Notes under the pieces: model-generated
Database searches by the model: none
What the model saw: the letters and a program-made list of their open reading frames with translations, nothing else
What the model was told of the DNA's origin: nothing
Shown here: piece by piece, positions 20,209 through 29,542 of the stretch
Layout: the number at the start of each line of letters is the position of its first letter
How positions within the stretch are numbered: position 1 is the stretch's first letter
Program-made: the position numbers and the translations under genes
Assembly (NCBI GenBank): GCA_036397815.1
Contig: DASWIE010000083.1
Coordinates: 20,067-84,066, forward strand
DNA from: Candidatus Limnocylindria bacterium
Lineage (GTDB): Bacteria > Chloroflexota > Limnocylindria > QHBO01
Direction of reading: 5' to 3'
Length of the DNA stretch: 64,000 nucleotides

Positions 20209-20526
20209 CTAGCCGCTGGCCGCATCCGCTCCCGCCTCGGAAGCCAGCCGATCGATGGTGGCCGCCATGGCCAGATCCTTGGCGGTCAGGCCCTTGGAAG
20301 CATACGTGGTCGAGGTGAACGTCACACGCCGCCAGTTGATCAGGATGTCGGGATGGTGGTCGGCCGCCTCGGCGGCCTCGGCCACGCGGTTCACGAGGCT
20401 GATGGCGTCGAGGAAGGTCGCGCAGCGGACGGTCCGCCGAATCGCGTCACCCTCGCGTTGCCAGTCGGGCAGCGCGGCCAGTCCCTCGTCGATCTCCGCT
20501 TCGGTGAGCAGCGGTGCGTACGGCAT
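20209..20526 (-). CDS. 4a-hydroxytetrahydrobiopterin (pterin-4a-carbinolamine) dehydratase
   Basis: 105 aa. EADHHPDI..W..V signature of PCD/DCoH (AADHHPDILINWRRVTF). Confidence 0.85.
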   Translation of the reverse strand: MPYAPLLTEAEIDEGLAALPDWQREGDAIRRTVRCATFLDAISLVNRVAEAAEAADHHPDILINWRRVTFTSTTYASKGLTAKDLAMAATIDRLASEAGADAASG

Positions 20527-20530
20527 CGGT

Positions 20531-21148
20531 CTAGTCGGACGATCGTCCGATGAAGGTCAGGAACTCGCTGCGAGTGCGGCCATCGCGGCGGAACGTGCCG
20601 AGCATGGCGCTCGTGACCATGGTCGCCTGCTGCTTCCGGACGCCGCGCATCATGGTGCACAGGTGGGTCGCCTCGATCACGCAGCCGACCCCCTTCGGCT
20701 CCAGCCGCTCCATGAGCAGGCCTGCCACCTGCTGGGTCATCCGTTCCTGCACCTGCAGCCGGTGCGCGTACATGTCCACGATGCGCGGGATCTTCGAAAG
20801 ACCGATGACTCGGCCGCGCGGCAGGTAGCCGACGTGGGCACGCCCGTAGAACGGCAGCAGGTGGTGCTCGCACAGCGAGTAGAACTCGATGTCGCGGACC
20901 ACCACCATCTCGTCGTAGTCGACATCGAAGCAGGCGCCGTTCAGGAGGGCGTCGGGGTCGATGTGGTAGCCGGCGGTCAGCTCGGCATACATGCGCCGCA
21001 CGCGCTCGGGCGTTTCGGCCAGCCCCTGGCGCTGCGGATCCTCGCCGATCTCGGCCAGCAGGGTCCGCACCGCCCGCTCGAGCTCGTGACCGGGCTCGGC
21101 GGTCGCGACCGGGTCGAGCTTGACGTGTCCTTCATCCACGGGCGGCAT
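20531..21148 (-). CDS. folE: GTP cyclohydrolase I
   Basis: Last 205 codons of ORF 20531..21922, starting MPPVDEG (ATG 21146-21148). FolE motifs SLCEHHLLPF, GLSKIPRIV and EATHLCMMMRG-like EATHLCTMMRGV. Confidence 0.9.
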   Translation of the reverse strand: MPPVDEGHVKLDPVATAEPGHELERAVRTLLAEIGEDPQRQGLAETPERVRRMYAELTAGYHIDPDALLNGACFDVDYDEMVVVRDIEFYSLCEHHLLPFYGRAHVGYLPRGRVIGLSKIPRIVDMYAHRLQVQERMTQQVAGLLMERLEPKGVGCVIEATHLCTMMRGVRKQQATMVTSAMLGTFRRDGRTRSEFLTFIGRSSD

Positions 21149-21261
21149 GCTACCCCAGGGGTACCGGTACCTCCATGTGACCGATTCCTCTAGGCGACCG
21201 ATATCGGCCGCGGTAGACTTTGCGCTCTTTCGCAATCCCAACCGCACGACGATCCGCTGCC

Positions 21262-21828
21262 ATGATCCTGCACCACACCAGCTCGCGCTCACGACGCCTC
21301 GCGATCCCGGGCTTGAGCCACGATCGCCTGGCCGCCGCGCTCGCCTCGCGGCTCGATGACGGCTATCACTACTTCGCCGGCATCGCGCTCGGTGGCATCG
21401 TCCCGATCGACGCCGTGGTGGTCGGCCCCGGCGGCACCTGGGCGCTGAGCGTGGCGTCCGTGCACGGGCGCTTCCGCAAGCGCAACGGCCACTGGTATCG
21501 CTGGAACCGATCGACCGAGTCGTGGGTCCCGTGGGACGCGCAGCCGGTGACCTCCGCTCGCCTCGTCGGCCACCGCCTCGAGCTCTTCCTGGAACGTGCG
21601 ACCCTGCCCGCCAGCGTGGAGGCATGCCTGGTGACTCCGGCGGACACCCAGATCGACTGGGAGCCCGATCAGCGGCCCGGGATCCACGTCCACTCCGGAT
21701 TCGACCGGCTGGCGATCCGGATCGGCCGAGATGACGCCCTGACCGAGGCCCAGGTCGAGCGCATCGTCGCGTTGCTCGATCCCCGTCAGCCGCTGCCCCG
21801 CCTCGCGACCTCGAGCCCGCGCGGTTAG
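21262..21828 (+). CDS. hypothetical protein, weakly NERD-like
   Basis: The segment IDAVVVGPGGTWALSV..HGRFRK resembles the NERD core, but the usual E-x-K residues are not evident. ATG 21262 chosen because the TTG at 21220 abuts a TAGACT box. Confidence 0.35.
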   Translation: MILHHTSSRSRRLAIPGLSHDRLAAALASRLDDGYHYFAGIALGGIVPIDAVVVGPGGTWALSVASVHGRFRKRNGHWYRWNRSTESWVPWDAQPVTSARLVGHRLELFLERATLPASVEACLVTPADTQIDWEPDQRPGIHVHSGFDRLAIRIGRDDALTEAQVERIVALLDPRQPLPRLATSSPRG

Positions 21829-23051
21829 GGGAGGACGGCGGGGGGCACCGCGCGCACGTCCCACCACAGCTCGGCGGCCCAGGCGTAGAGCGTCGCCACG
21901 GCGCCGAACAGCGCGGTGCCACGCAGCAGCCAGTCAGGCCCCTTGTTCCGATATGCGACCGCCAGAAGGACGAGCAGCGGGCCGGTGGCGTCCACGATGA
22001 ACCGATAGCCGAACTGCCAGAAGCCCCAGGACCCGTGCGCCCAGTTCGGCAGCATGATGAGGACGAAGCTCAGCCAGGCGATCCAGACGATCGCACCACC
22101 GCGGGCGCGGAGCGCCAGCAGCAGGGTGGGTGCCGAGAGGGCGACCCCCACTCCGCTCACCGGGTAGGCGATCCATGGGAAGTCGAGCCTCACCTCGTAG
22201 CCCTGGAGCAGCATCGCGAAGATCGAGCGCGGGATGTAGGCCAGGTTGACGATGCCGTCACGGAAGTACGGCTCGGCCGTCACCAGCTCGCCGGGATGCC
22301 AGAAGCTCTCGATCAGCCCGTACCCGAACTCGAAGGGGCTGCCGAAGCGAACGAAGTTGTACAGGGCCAACGGGATGGCGACGGCGGTGAGACCGATGAG
22401 GAGCTGCCCGATCCGCCAGCGCTGCGGCCAATAGAACCAGGCGAGCAGCGGCAGCATGAACCCGGTTGGAAGCCTCGACCCCGCGGCGAGGCCCAGGAGC
22501 AGGCCGGCGAGCAGCGGCCAGCGCCCCTGCACACCCAGGTAAAGAGCGGCGAGCGAGAGCACGGTCCCGAGGACCTCCGGGTAGAACCAGAGGCTGCTCG
22601 AAGCCGCCACCCAGCCATACGTCGCGGCGCCCACCCCGAGCGTGATCCACGCTGCCGTACGCAGCGGCACCTCGAGGTGACGCAGGATCAGCAGCATGAG
22701 CGCCACCCCGGCGCCGCCGACGAACGCACCCAGGGTCGTGCTGCTGGGCGTCAGGCCCAGGGCGAGAAACGGGATGTAGATGAGCGCCGGGACGGGTGGA
22801 AATGGCGACCACGCCCGCTCGCTGTCGATGACGACGAGCTCCCAATGCGATCCCCAGGGCACCCACAGGCGCCCTTCCATGAACGCGCGCGCGAGATCGT
22901 CGTGGATGTCCTGGTTATCGCTCACGCCCAGGTTCAGGAAGGCGATCGTGGAACCGACAAAGAAGAGGAAGGCGACGGCGTTCGTCGGCAGGCGGATCTC
23001 GGTGAAGAAGGTGGTGATGGACCGAGTCGCCGTGAGGGCCGACGCTATCAT
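21825..23051 (-). CDS. GT-C fold membrane glycosyltransferase-like protein (ArnT/PMT-like)
   Basis: Last 408 codons of ORF 21825..23528, starting MIASALT (ATG 23049-23051). About 11 hydrophobic segments. Acidic first-loop motif SDNQDIHDD as in GT39/GT83 enzymes. Confidence 0.55.
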   Translation of the reverse strand: MIASALTATRSITTFFTEIRLPTNAVAFLFFVGSTIAFLNLGVSDNQDIHDDLARAFMEGRLWVPWGSHWELVVIDSERAWSPFPPVPALIYIPFLALGLTPSSTTLGAFVGGAGVALMLLILRHLEVPLRTAAWITLGVGAATYGWVAASSSLWFYPEVLGTVLSLAALYLGVQGRWPLLAGLLLGLAAGSRLPTGFMLPLLAWFYWPQRWRIGQLLIGLTAVAIPLALYNFVRFGSPFEFGYGLIESFWHPGELVTAEPYFRDGIVNLAYIPRSIFAMLLQGYEVRLDFPWIAYPVSGVGVALSAPTLLLALRARGGAIVWIAWLSFVLIMLPNWAHGSWGFWQFGYRFIVDATGPLLVLLAVAYRNKGPDWLLRGTALFGAVATLYAWAAELWWDVRAVPPAVLP

Positions 23052-23122
23052 CGGCCGCGTGGCATGCGCATCGTGGAGCCGTGCATAGCTGATCCTCGCA
23101 AGCCCGTCAAGGAAACCCAGGC

Positions 23123-25198
23123 ATGGGTAGTGGCTATGATCCGGGCCCGATGACGGCTTCCGCCCGCTCCTCATTCGTCGGAGGCGCCGCGGCGAGCGGC
23201 GCCATCGCAGCGCTGCTGGTCGCGGCCTGGCTGCAGCCGGCCGTGGCCATCCTCGTCGTCTGGCCCCTCCTCTTCGTCGTGCCGGGCTGGGCGATCGTCG
23301 CCTGGGCGCGGCCGCGCATCGGCTCGACCGGCCGGCTCGGGCTGGCGATCGTCCTCTCGGTCGCCGTGTCCGCGCACCTCGTTTACTGGCTCTCGCTCGC
23401 GGCGGGCGGCTACCGGCGCGAGACGATCCTCGCGGCCGCAGCGGTGCTTGCCATGCCGATCCCGCTGGCCGCCTTCCGCGGAGGCGCGGGCCAGCTGTCG
23501 GCGCAGGTCCGCAGCGCCGTCGCGGCACTTCGACGGGAACGGGTCGCCTTCGCCTTCGCGGCCCTCGTCGCAGCCTTCGTGGGCCTGGTCCTCGACGCCA
23601 GCCTGTGGAAGCCGACGGCCGACGGGGTCACCGCCGGCGGCTCCAACTGGAGCGACCTCGGCGTCCATCTCTCGATCGCCCAGTCCCTGAACGCCGGCAA
23701 CTTTCCGCCCCAGGTCCCCTACTTCGCGGGCGCGCCGCTCGTCTATCACTGGTTTGCCGACTTCCACGCCGCCATCGCCGCCGAAGCGGCCGGCCTTTTC
23801 GCCATCCCCGCCTTCGTCGTCTCCTCGGCGATCCTGTCGGGCGCCCTCGCCCTGCTGGTCCATGGCCTCGCGCGCCGGCTGCTGCGCGGCGCACGGGCTC
23901 GGCGCGCCGCCCTGCTGGCGGCAGTGCTGGTCGTCCTGGGCGGCGGCTTCGGCTGGATCCGGTTCGTCGGCGACCTGGCGGCAGGCTACGGCGACCCGGT
24001 CAGCCTGGTAACGGAGCAGACGTACGACAACTTCTGGTACGACTTCAACGGCGAGCCGTCCTGGCCCTATTTCCGCATCCCATCGGTGATGGGGACCGGC
24101 CTGCTCGTGCACCGGGCCACCACCGCCGGGCTGCCGATCCTGGTGGGCGCCGTCCTGCTGCTGGTCGCCGGGCTGCCGACCGCGCGGGCGCGGAGGGCCG
24201 GCTGGCGGGACCGATGGGCGCTCATCGGCCTTGGCGGAGGACTGGGCGCGCTGCTCGCGCCGTTCCATTTCTTCTTCTTCCCGGCTTTCCTGCTGCTGGC
24301 GCTGCTCTACGTCCTGCTGGCGGGGCGGCTCTTCGACCGGGACGCGATCCGCAACGCCGCCCTGTTCCTGGGGCCATACTTGCTGGCGGTCCCGTTCGTC
24401 GTGCCGCCCCTGCTGCAGGCGGCCAGCTCGGGCTCGCTCCGCGTCCGCCTCGGCTGGGAATCGGCGCCTTTCGCCGACGGACCCTGGGCGGTCGTCTTCT
24501 TCTACCTGACCAACCTGGGAGTGCCGCTCGTGCTGGCGCTTGCCGCCCTGCTCGTGCCTCGCACGCCATGGCGGGCATTCCTGGGCGCCTGGGCCGTGAT
24601 CCTCTTCGCCGTCCCCAACCTCATCCAGGTGAGCGACATCGCCTTCGATATGAACAAGTACTTCCAGGCGATGTGGATCGCGGTTGCCATCCTTGCCGCG
24701 TGGCTGATCCGTCGCTGGCCGCTGCCGGCGGTAGCCGTCGTCCTGGCGCTCAGCATTCCGTCCCCGCTGCTGGTCGCGGGCTGGACCGCGCTGAACCGTG
24801 AGCAGGTGATGGATTGGCAGAGCGTCGAGGCGGCGGACTGGATCGCCGCCAACACGCCCGAGCGCAGCGTCTTCGTCACCGACGGCTGGCTCAACTCCCC
24901 AACCGATCCGGCGGGCCGGCTCCGGTTGCTGACCTACGCCCCGTACGTCGCCAACCTCGGATTCGATCCCGACCTGCGGGTCACCCAGGTCTTCGAGATC
25001 TACTGCGCGGGCGACGTGGAGCGCAGCGTGGAGCTGATGCGCCAGCTGGACGCCGAGTACCTGCTCGAGACCGGGCGCCCCGGCGACTGCACCGCGCCGA
25101 CCGACTTCGCAACCAGTCCGGCGCTGACGGAGGTCTACGCCAACCCGGCGCTCCGCATCTGGCGCTTGACCGATGCGGCCGCGGCAGGCCCCTCATGA
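23123..25198 (+). CDS. large polytopic membrane protein, GT-C / DUF2298-like
   Basis: 691 aa with many TM segments. Loop motif SIAQSLNAGNFPPQVPYFAGAPLVYHWFADFHAA. Diverges from the other GT-C-like gene. Its stop overlaps the ABC ATPase start (ATGA at 25195-25198). An alternative ATG lies at 23150. Confidence 0.5.
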   Translation: MGSGYDPGPMTASARSSFVGGAAASGAIAALLVAAWLQPAVAILVVWPLLFVVPGWAIVAWARPRIGSTGRLGLAIVLSVAVSAHLVYWLSLAAGGYRRETILAAAAVLAMPIPLAAFRGGAGQLSAQVRSAVAALRRERVAFAFAALVAAFVGLVLDASLWKPTADGVTAGGSNWSDLGVHLSIAQSLNAGNFPPQVPYFAGAPLVYHWFADFHAAIAAEAAGLFAIPAFVVSSAILSGALALLVHGLARRLLRGARARRAALLAAVLVVLGGGFGWIRFVGDLAAGYGDPVSLVTEQTYDNFWYDFNGEPSWPYFRIPSVMGTGLLVHRATTAGLPILVGAVLLLVAGLPTARARRAGWRDRWALIGLGGGLGALLAPFHFFFFPAFLLLALLYVLLAGRLFDRDAIRNAALFLGPYLLAVPFVVPPLLQAASSGSLRVRLGWESAPFADGPWAVVFFYLTNLGVPLVLALAALLVPRTPWRAFLGAWAVILFAVPNLIQVSDIAFDMNKYFQAMWIAVAILAAWLIRRWPLPAVAVVLALSIPSPLLVAGWTALNREQVMDWQSVEAADWIAANTPERSVFVTDGWLNSPTDPAGRLRLLTYAPYVANLGFDPDLRVTQVFEIYCAGDVERSVELMRQLDAEYLLETGRPGDCTAPTDFATSPALTEVYANPALRIWRLTDAAAAGPS

Positions 25199-26355
25199 CG
25201 ACGCCGACGACCAGCGGTGCGGTGGTGGCGCTCGAGCACGTCGCCAAGCGGTACGGCCCACCGGGCTCGCCGCCGGCGGTCACCGACCTGTCGCTCACGA
25301 TCCCCGCCGGGGAGGTCTGCGTCCTGGTCGGTCCGTCCGGCTGCGGCAAGACCACGACCATGAAGATGATCAACCGGCTGATCGAGCCGACCAGCGGCCG
25401 GATCACGATTGACGGCGTCGACGTCATGCGCCAGCCGGCGGTCGAGCTGCGACGGCGGATCGGGTACGTGATCCAGCAGACGGGGCTCTTTCCACACCTC
25501 ACCGTGGCGGAGAACGTCGCCGTCGTCCCCCGCCTCCTGCGCTGGCAGGACACGCGAGTGCGGGAGCGTGTCGACGAGCTGCTCGAGCTCGTCGGCCTCG
25601 ATCCGGCCGGCTACCGCTCGCGCTATCCGGCGGCGCTCTCCGGCGGCGAGCGTCAGCGGGTGGGCGTGGCGCGGGCGCTTGCCGCCGATCCGCCGGTGAT
25701 GCTGATGGACGAGCCGTTCGGGGCGGTCGATCCCATCCTCCGCGATCGGCTGCAGAACGAGTTCCTGCGCCTGCAGGCCAAGGTGCGGAAGACGGTCGTC
25801 TTCGTGACGCATGACGTCGACGAGGCGATCAAGATGGCCGACCGGATCGCCATCCTGCAGCGCGGCGGCATCCTGGCGCAGTACGACACGCCCGACCAGA
25901 TCCTCGCCAACCCGGCCAGCGAGTTCGTGGACCGTTTCGTTGGCGCCGACCGTGGACTGAAGCGCCTCTCGCTGGCGCGGGTGCGGGACCTGCCGCTGCT
26001 GCAACCGGTGCTCGTCCGGCCCGGTGAGGAGCGCGCCGAGGTCCGCCGCCGCCTGGAAGGGCCGGAGGCGCTCGGCTTCGCCCTCCTGGTCGACGAGGAG
26101 AAGAGGCCGATCGGCTGGATCGGGCATGCGCAGCTGGCTGGCGACGGACCCATCTCGCCGGATGCCGCAACGCCGGACGCCACGCTGCTTCAGCCGGAGT
26201 CCACCCTGCGTGACGCGCTCTCCGAGCTGCTCCTGTCGAGCGTGCAGCTCGGCGTGGTCGTGGGCGAGGGCGAGAGGGTGCTCGGCGCGATCAGCGTGGA
26301 CCAGATCAGCGACACGTTGCGGGCCGCTGCCGGTCACGGTCATGGTGCGGCGTGA
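25195..26355 (+). CDS. glycine betaine/osmoprotectant ABC transporter ATP-binding protein with C-terminal CBS pair
   Basis: Walker A GPSGCGKTT, signature LSGGERQRV, Walker B LMDEPFGAVD. The C-terminal ~130 aa are CBS-like, as in OpuCA/OpuBA/ProV. Confidence 0.9.
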   Translation: MTTPTTSGAVVALEHVAKRYGPPGSPPAVTDLSLTIPAGEVCVLVGPSGCGKTTTMKMINRLIEPTSGRITIDGVDVMRQPAVELRRRIGYVIQQTGLFPHLTVAENVAVVPRLLRWQDTRVRERVDELLELVGLDPAGYRSRYPAALSGGERQRVGVARALAADPPVMLMDEPFGAVDPILRDRLQNEFLRLQAKVRKTVVFVTHDVDEAIKMADRIAILQRGGILAQYDTPDQILANPASEFVDRFVGADRGLKRLSLARVRDLPLLQPVLVRPGEERAEVRRRLEGPEALGFALLVDEEKRPIGWIGHAQLAGDGPISPDAATPDATLLQPESTLRDALSELLLSSVQLGVVVGEGERVLGAISVDQISDTLRAAAGHGHGAA

Positions 26356-27014
26356 TCGAGGGCCAACCGTTCTTCCGCTTTGACTGGCTGGTGGACAACC
26401 TGGACCAGCTGGCGCGGCGTCTCGGCGAGCACGTGCTGGTCACGTTCATCGCGGTGACGGTCGGCTTTCTGATCTCGTTCGCCCTGGCGCTTCTGATTCG
26501 CCGCTACCCACCGATCTACGGACCGATCCTGGCCGTGAGCGGCATCCTGTACGCCATCCCCAGCATCGCCCTCTTCGTGCTCTTCATCCCCATCACCGGC
26601 CTCTCGCTCCTGACCGCCGAGATCGCATTGGTGAGCTACACGCTGGTGATCCTGGTGCGCAACATCGTCACCGGGCTGCGCGCGGTGCCGTCTGACGTGA
26701 TCGAGGCCGCCAGGGGGATGGGGTACACCGACACGCAGCGCCTCTGGCGGGTTGAGCTGCCGATCGCGCTGCCGATCATCGTGGCGGGCGTGCGCATCGC
26801 GACCGTCACCACCATCGGCCTCGTCACCATCGCGACCTTGATCGGGATGGGTGGGCTCGGCTACCTGATTGTGAACATCGGGGTCACGCGTCGCTTCCCC
26901 ACCGCCACCATCACGGGCGTGGTGGTCGTGGTCCTGCTCTCCACCATCGTCGACCTGCTGCTGCTCGCCGTCCAGCGGCGTCTGACGCCGTGGGCGAAGG
27001 CGCGCGAGGCCTAG
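26352..27014 (+). CDS. osmoprotectant ABC transporter permease
   Basis: 220 aa, 5-6 TM segments, EAA-type loop IEAARGMGYT. Start overlaps the ATPase stop. Confidence 0.85.
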   Translation: MIEGQPFFRFDWLVDNLDQLARRLGEHVLVTFIAVTVGFLISFALALLIRRYPPIYGPILAVSGILYAIPSIALFVLFIPITGLSLLTAEIALVSYTLVILVRNIVTGLRAVPSDVIEAARGMGYTDTQRLWRVELPIALPIIVAGVRIATVTTIGLVTIATLIGMGGLGYLIVNIGVTRRFPTATITGVVVVVLLSTIVDLLLLAVQRRLTPWAKAREA

Positions 27015-27017
27015 CTG

Positions 27018-27764
27018 ATGGAGTTCTTCGGCGAGGTGTGGGCCTGGTACACCGATCCAGCCAACTGGACGGGCAACAACAGCATCCCGCTGCGACTGTG
27101 GGAGCACGTCTCGCTGTCAGTCGCTTCGCTGCTGGCAGGGCTGGCCATCGCGCTGCCCGTGGGGCTGTACATCGGTCACACCGGCCGCGGCGCTCGCATG
27201 GTGGTGGCGGTGAGCAACATCGGCAGGGCGGTCCCCTCGCTCGGGTGGCTGGGGATCGCCTACCCGATCAGCACCGGACTCTTCCAGCGCGGCGGCATCG
27301 GATTCCTGCCGGCCTTCATCGGCCTGATCGCATTGGCCATCCCGCCGGTGGTGACGAACACCTACAGCGGCCTGCAGGAGGTGGACGCCGATCTGCGCGA
27401 GGCTGGACGCGGAATGGGGATGCGCGAGATGGAGCTGCTTGCCCGAGTGGAGGTCCCGGTCGCGCTTCCGGTCATCCTCGCCGGCATCCGGGTCTCGGCG
27501 GTGGCGGTGGTCGCGACCGCGCCGCTGGCAGCGCTCGTCGGCGGCGGCACGCTCGGCTCGTACATCCTCCAGGGCCTGGCGCTCAGTGACGAGGTGCGCG
27601 TCTTCGCCGCGGCCGTCCTGGTCGCCCTGCTCGCGATCTTCACCGAGCTGGCCTTCGCCTGGCTTCAGCGCCGGGCGGTTTCGCCCGGGCTGTCGCGGCC
27701 CGACGATGAGCCGCTGGCAGATCCTTCACAGGTCGCCCGGCCAGGGGAGTTCGCCTCTTCCTGA
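27018..27764 (+). CDS. osmoprotectant ABC transporter permease (second)
   Basis: 248 aa, EAA-type loop REAGRGMGM. 3-nt gap to the preceding permease gene. Confidence 0.85.
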   Translation: MEFFGEVWAWYTDPANWTGNNSIPLRLWEHVSLSVASLLAGLAIALPVGLYIGHTGRGARMVVAVSNIGRAVPSLGWLGIAYPISTGLFQRGGIGFLPAFIGLIALAIPPVVTNTYSGLQEVDADLREAGRGMGMREMELLARVEVPVALPVILAGIRVSAVAVVATAPLAALVGGGTLGSYILQGLALSDEVRVFAAAVLVALLAIFTELAFAWLQRRAVSPGLSRPDDEPLADPSQVARPGEFASS

Positions 27765-27824
27765 ACTGAACCAGTGGCCGAATTCCTGCCTACATTTACA
27801 TGTCACGAGATGGCACCAATGCGC

Positions 27825-27833
27825 TGCTAGACT
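27825..27833 (+). promoter_or_regulatory. putative extended -10 promoter (TGcTAGACT) upstream of the binding-protein gene
   Basis: TGN + TANNNT in the 137-nt gap before the SBP gene. It is followed about 60 nt later by a strong AAGGAGGA Shine-Dalgarno and the ATG at 27902. Confidence 0.3.
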
Positions 27834-27901
27834 CGCGGCACCGACCGCGCGCCCGCGCGGTCCGCGCTACTTCCCCGTATCTGTTGGACAAGGAGGACCC
27901 A

Positions 27902-28846
27902 ATGCGGAGATACCGCACGCTCGCTCTCGGGGCGGCGTCGCTGGTGCTCGTCATGAGCGCCTGCACGCCGGGTGGGAGCGGGACCGAGTCATCGCCGAGC
28001 GAAAGCGCGGCAGCCACCAAGCCAGACGTCAGCATCGGCTCGCAGGCCTTCTGGGAGGCGGCAGTCGTCGGTGAGATGTACGCCCAGGCGCTCGAGTCCG
28101 CCGGCTACCCCGTCGAGCGCCATCTCGAGATTGGCGAGCGTCCCGCCGTGCATGCGGCGTTCGACGCGGGCGACATCAATCTCATCCCGGAGTACCTCGG
28201 CGGACTCGCCGGACAGGGTCTTGGCCTCGCGGAGCTGCCGGCGGATCCGGAGGCAGCCTGGGACAACCTGCAGGGGCCCCTCGACGAGAAGGGATGGATC
28301 ATCTTCGAGTACTCGCCCGGCACCGATGCCGACGGCTTCGCGGTCCGCAGCGAGACGGCAGCCGAGCTCGGGTTGGCAACCATGAGCGACCTGTCCGGTG
28401 TCGCCGATGAGCTGACCTGGGGCATCGCCGAGGGCTGCCCGGACAACCCGGTCTGTGGCCCGGGCCTGAATGAGGTCTACGGTATTGATCTCACCCAGAT
28501 CGACGTCGTCACCCTCCCACCCTGCAGCACGGACATGGCGACTGCCCTGAACGACGAGGCGATCGACGTCGCCCAGGTGTGCACCACCCAGCCGGAGATC
28601 GTGTCGATGAACCTCGTGCTGCTCGATGACGACAAGCAGCTGCAGCCGGCACAGAACATGGTGCCGATGGCCACCAAGGAACTCGCTGATGCAGCCCCTG
28701 CCGACTTCGCGGAGATCCTCAATGCCATTCAGGCGAAGCTCACGACCGATGTGCTGACCGAGCTCGGCGCCGCGATCAACATCAACCAGGAGTCGATCGA
28801 GGACGTCGCGCGGCAGTTCCTGGAGGATCAGGGCCTGCTGCCGTAA
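27902..28846 (+). CDS. glycine betaine/osmoprotectant ABC transporter substrate-binding lipoprotein
   Basis: ATG 27902 preceded by AAGGAGGA. Lipobox LVMSAC in MRRYRTLALGAASLVLVMSAC. OpuCC/OpuAC-type body (IPEYLGGL, VLLDD). Confidence 0.85.
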   Translation: MRRYRTLALGAASLVLVMSACTPGGSGTESSPSESAAATKPDVSIGSQAFWEAAVVGEMYAQALESAGYPVERHLEIGERPAVHAAFDAGDINLIPEYLGGLAGQGLGLAELPADPEAAWDNLQGPLDEKGWIIFEYSPGTDADGFAVRSETAAELGLATMSDLSGVADELTWGIAEGCPDNPVCGPGLNEVYGIDLTQIDVVTLPPCSTDMATALNDEAIDVAQVCTTQPEIVSMNLVLLDDDKQLQPAQNMVPMATKELADAAPADFAEILNAIQAKLTTDVLTELGAAININQESIEDVARQFLEDQGLLP

Positions 28847-28868
28847 CGCACCGGAGTCCACGACCCAG

Positions 28869-28910
28869 ACGGGCGGCGCTGCCTTCGGGCGGCGTCGCCC
28901 GTATCCTTTG
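28869..28910 (+). terminator. intrinsic terminator after the Opu-type operon
   Basis: ACGGGCGGCGCTGCC-TTCG-GGCGGCGTCGCCCGT forms a ~15-bp GC-rich stem with a TTCG tetraloop, followed by ATCCTTTG. 23 nt after the stop. Confidence 0.55.
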
Positions 28911-28918
28911 CGCCACCC

Positions 28919-29542
28919 ATGTCCGAACTCCTCGACCTGGTCGATTGGCGCCGCCGCGTGGCGGCCCTGTATGACGCGATGCGGCGTGACCGCCGTGCCA
29001 GCCAGCTCCGGCTGGTCGGCTTTCGGGCCGGCAAGGACCAGCTCTTCGCCGAGCATCCCTCGTCGCCGGTGCCCGCCGAAGCGCGGCGCAACTTTCGCGG
29101 CCTTGCTTATTGGCGTCACGACCCGGCGCTCCGCTTCAATGCCGCGCTGGAGCCGGATCCCGATGCCAAGCCACTGGACGTGCCCCGATCGGGCGAGGGT
29201 CCGGGGATGGCGTACTCGCGAATCGGCTGGGTGAGCTTCGATCTCGACGGTGGCCGGGCGCGCCTGGCGGTCTATTGGCTCAACGAGTACGCCGGCGGCA
29301 TCTTCATCCCGTTCCGCGACGGAACCAGCGGGCATGAGACGTACGGCGGCGGTCGCTACCTGTGGGACTCGGCCAAGGGGGCGGACCTGGGATCGACCGG
29401 GGACGAGCTGGTGCTCGACTTCAACTACGCCTATCACCCATCCTGCGTCTACGACCCGCGATGGAGCTGTCCGCTCGCCCCGCAGGAGAACTGGCTGGAG
29501 ATGCCGATCGCGGCCGGCGAGCGGCTCGAGCCGGCGGAGTGA
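28919..29542 (+). CDS. DUF1684 domain-containing protein
   Basis: 207 aa with characteristic YGGGRYL and NYAYHPSCVYDPRWSCPLAP motifs. Confidence 0.75.
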   Translation: MSELLDLVDWRRRVAALYDAMRRDRRASQLRLVGFRAGKDQLFAEHPSSPVPAEARRNFRGLAYWRHDPALRFNAALEPDPDAKPLDVPRSGEGPGMAYSRIGWVSFDLDGGRARLAVYWLNEYAGGIFIPFRDGTSGHETYGGGRYLWDSAKGADLGSTGDELVLDFNYAYHPSCVYDPRWSCPLAPQENWLEMPIAAGERLEPAE

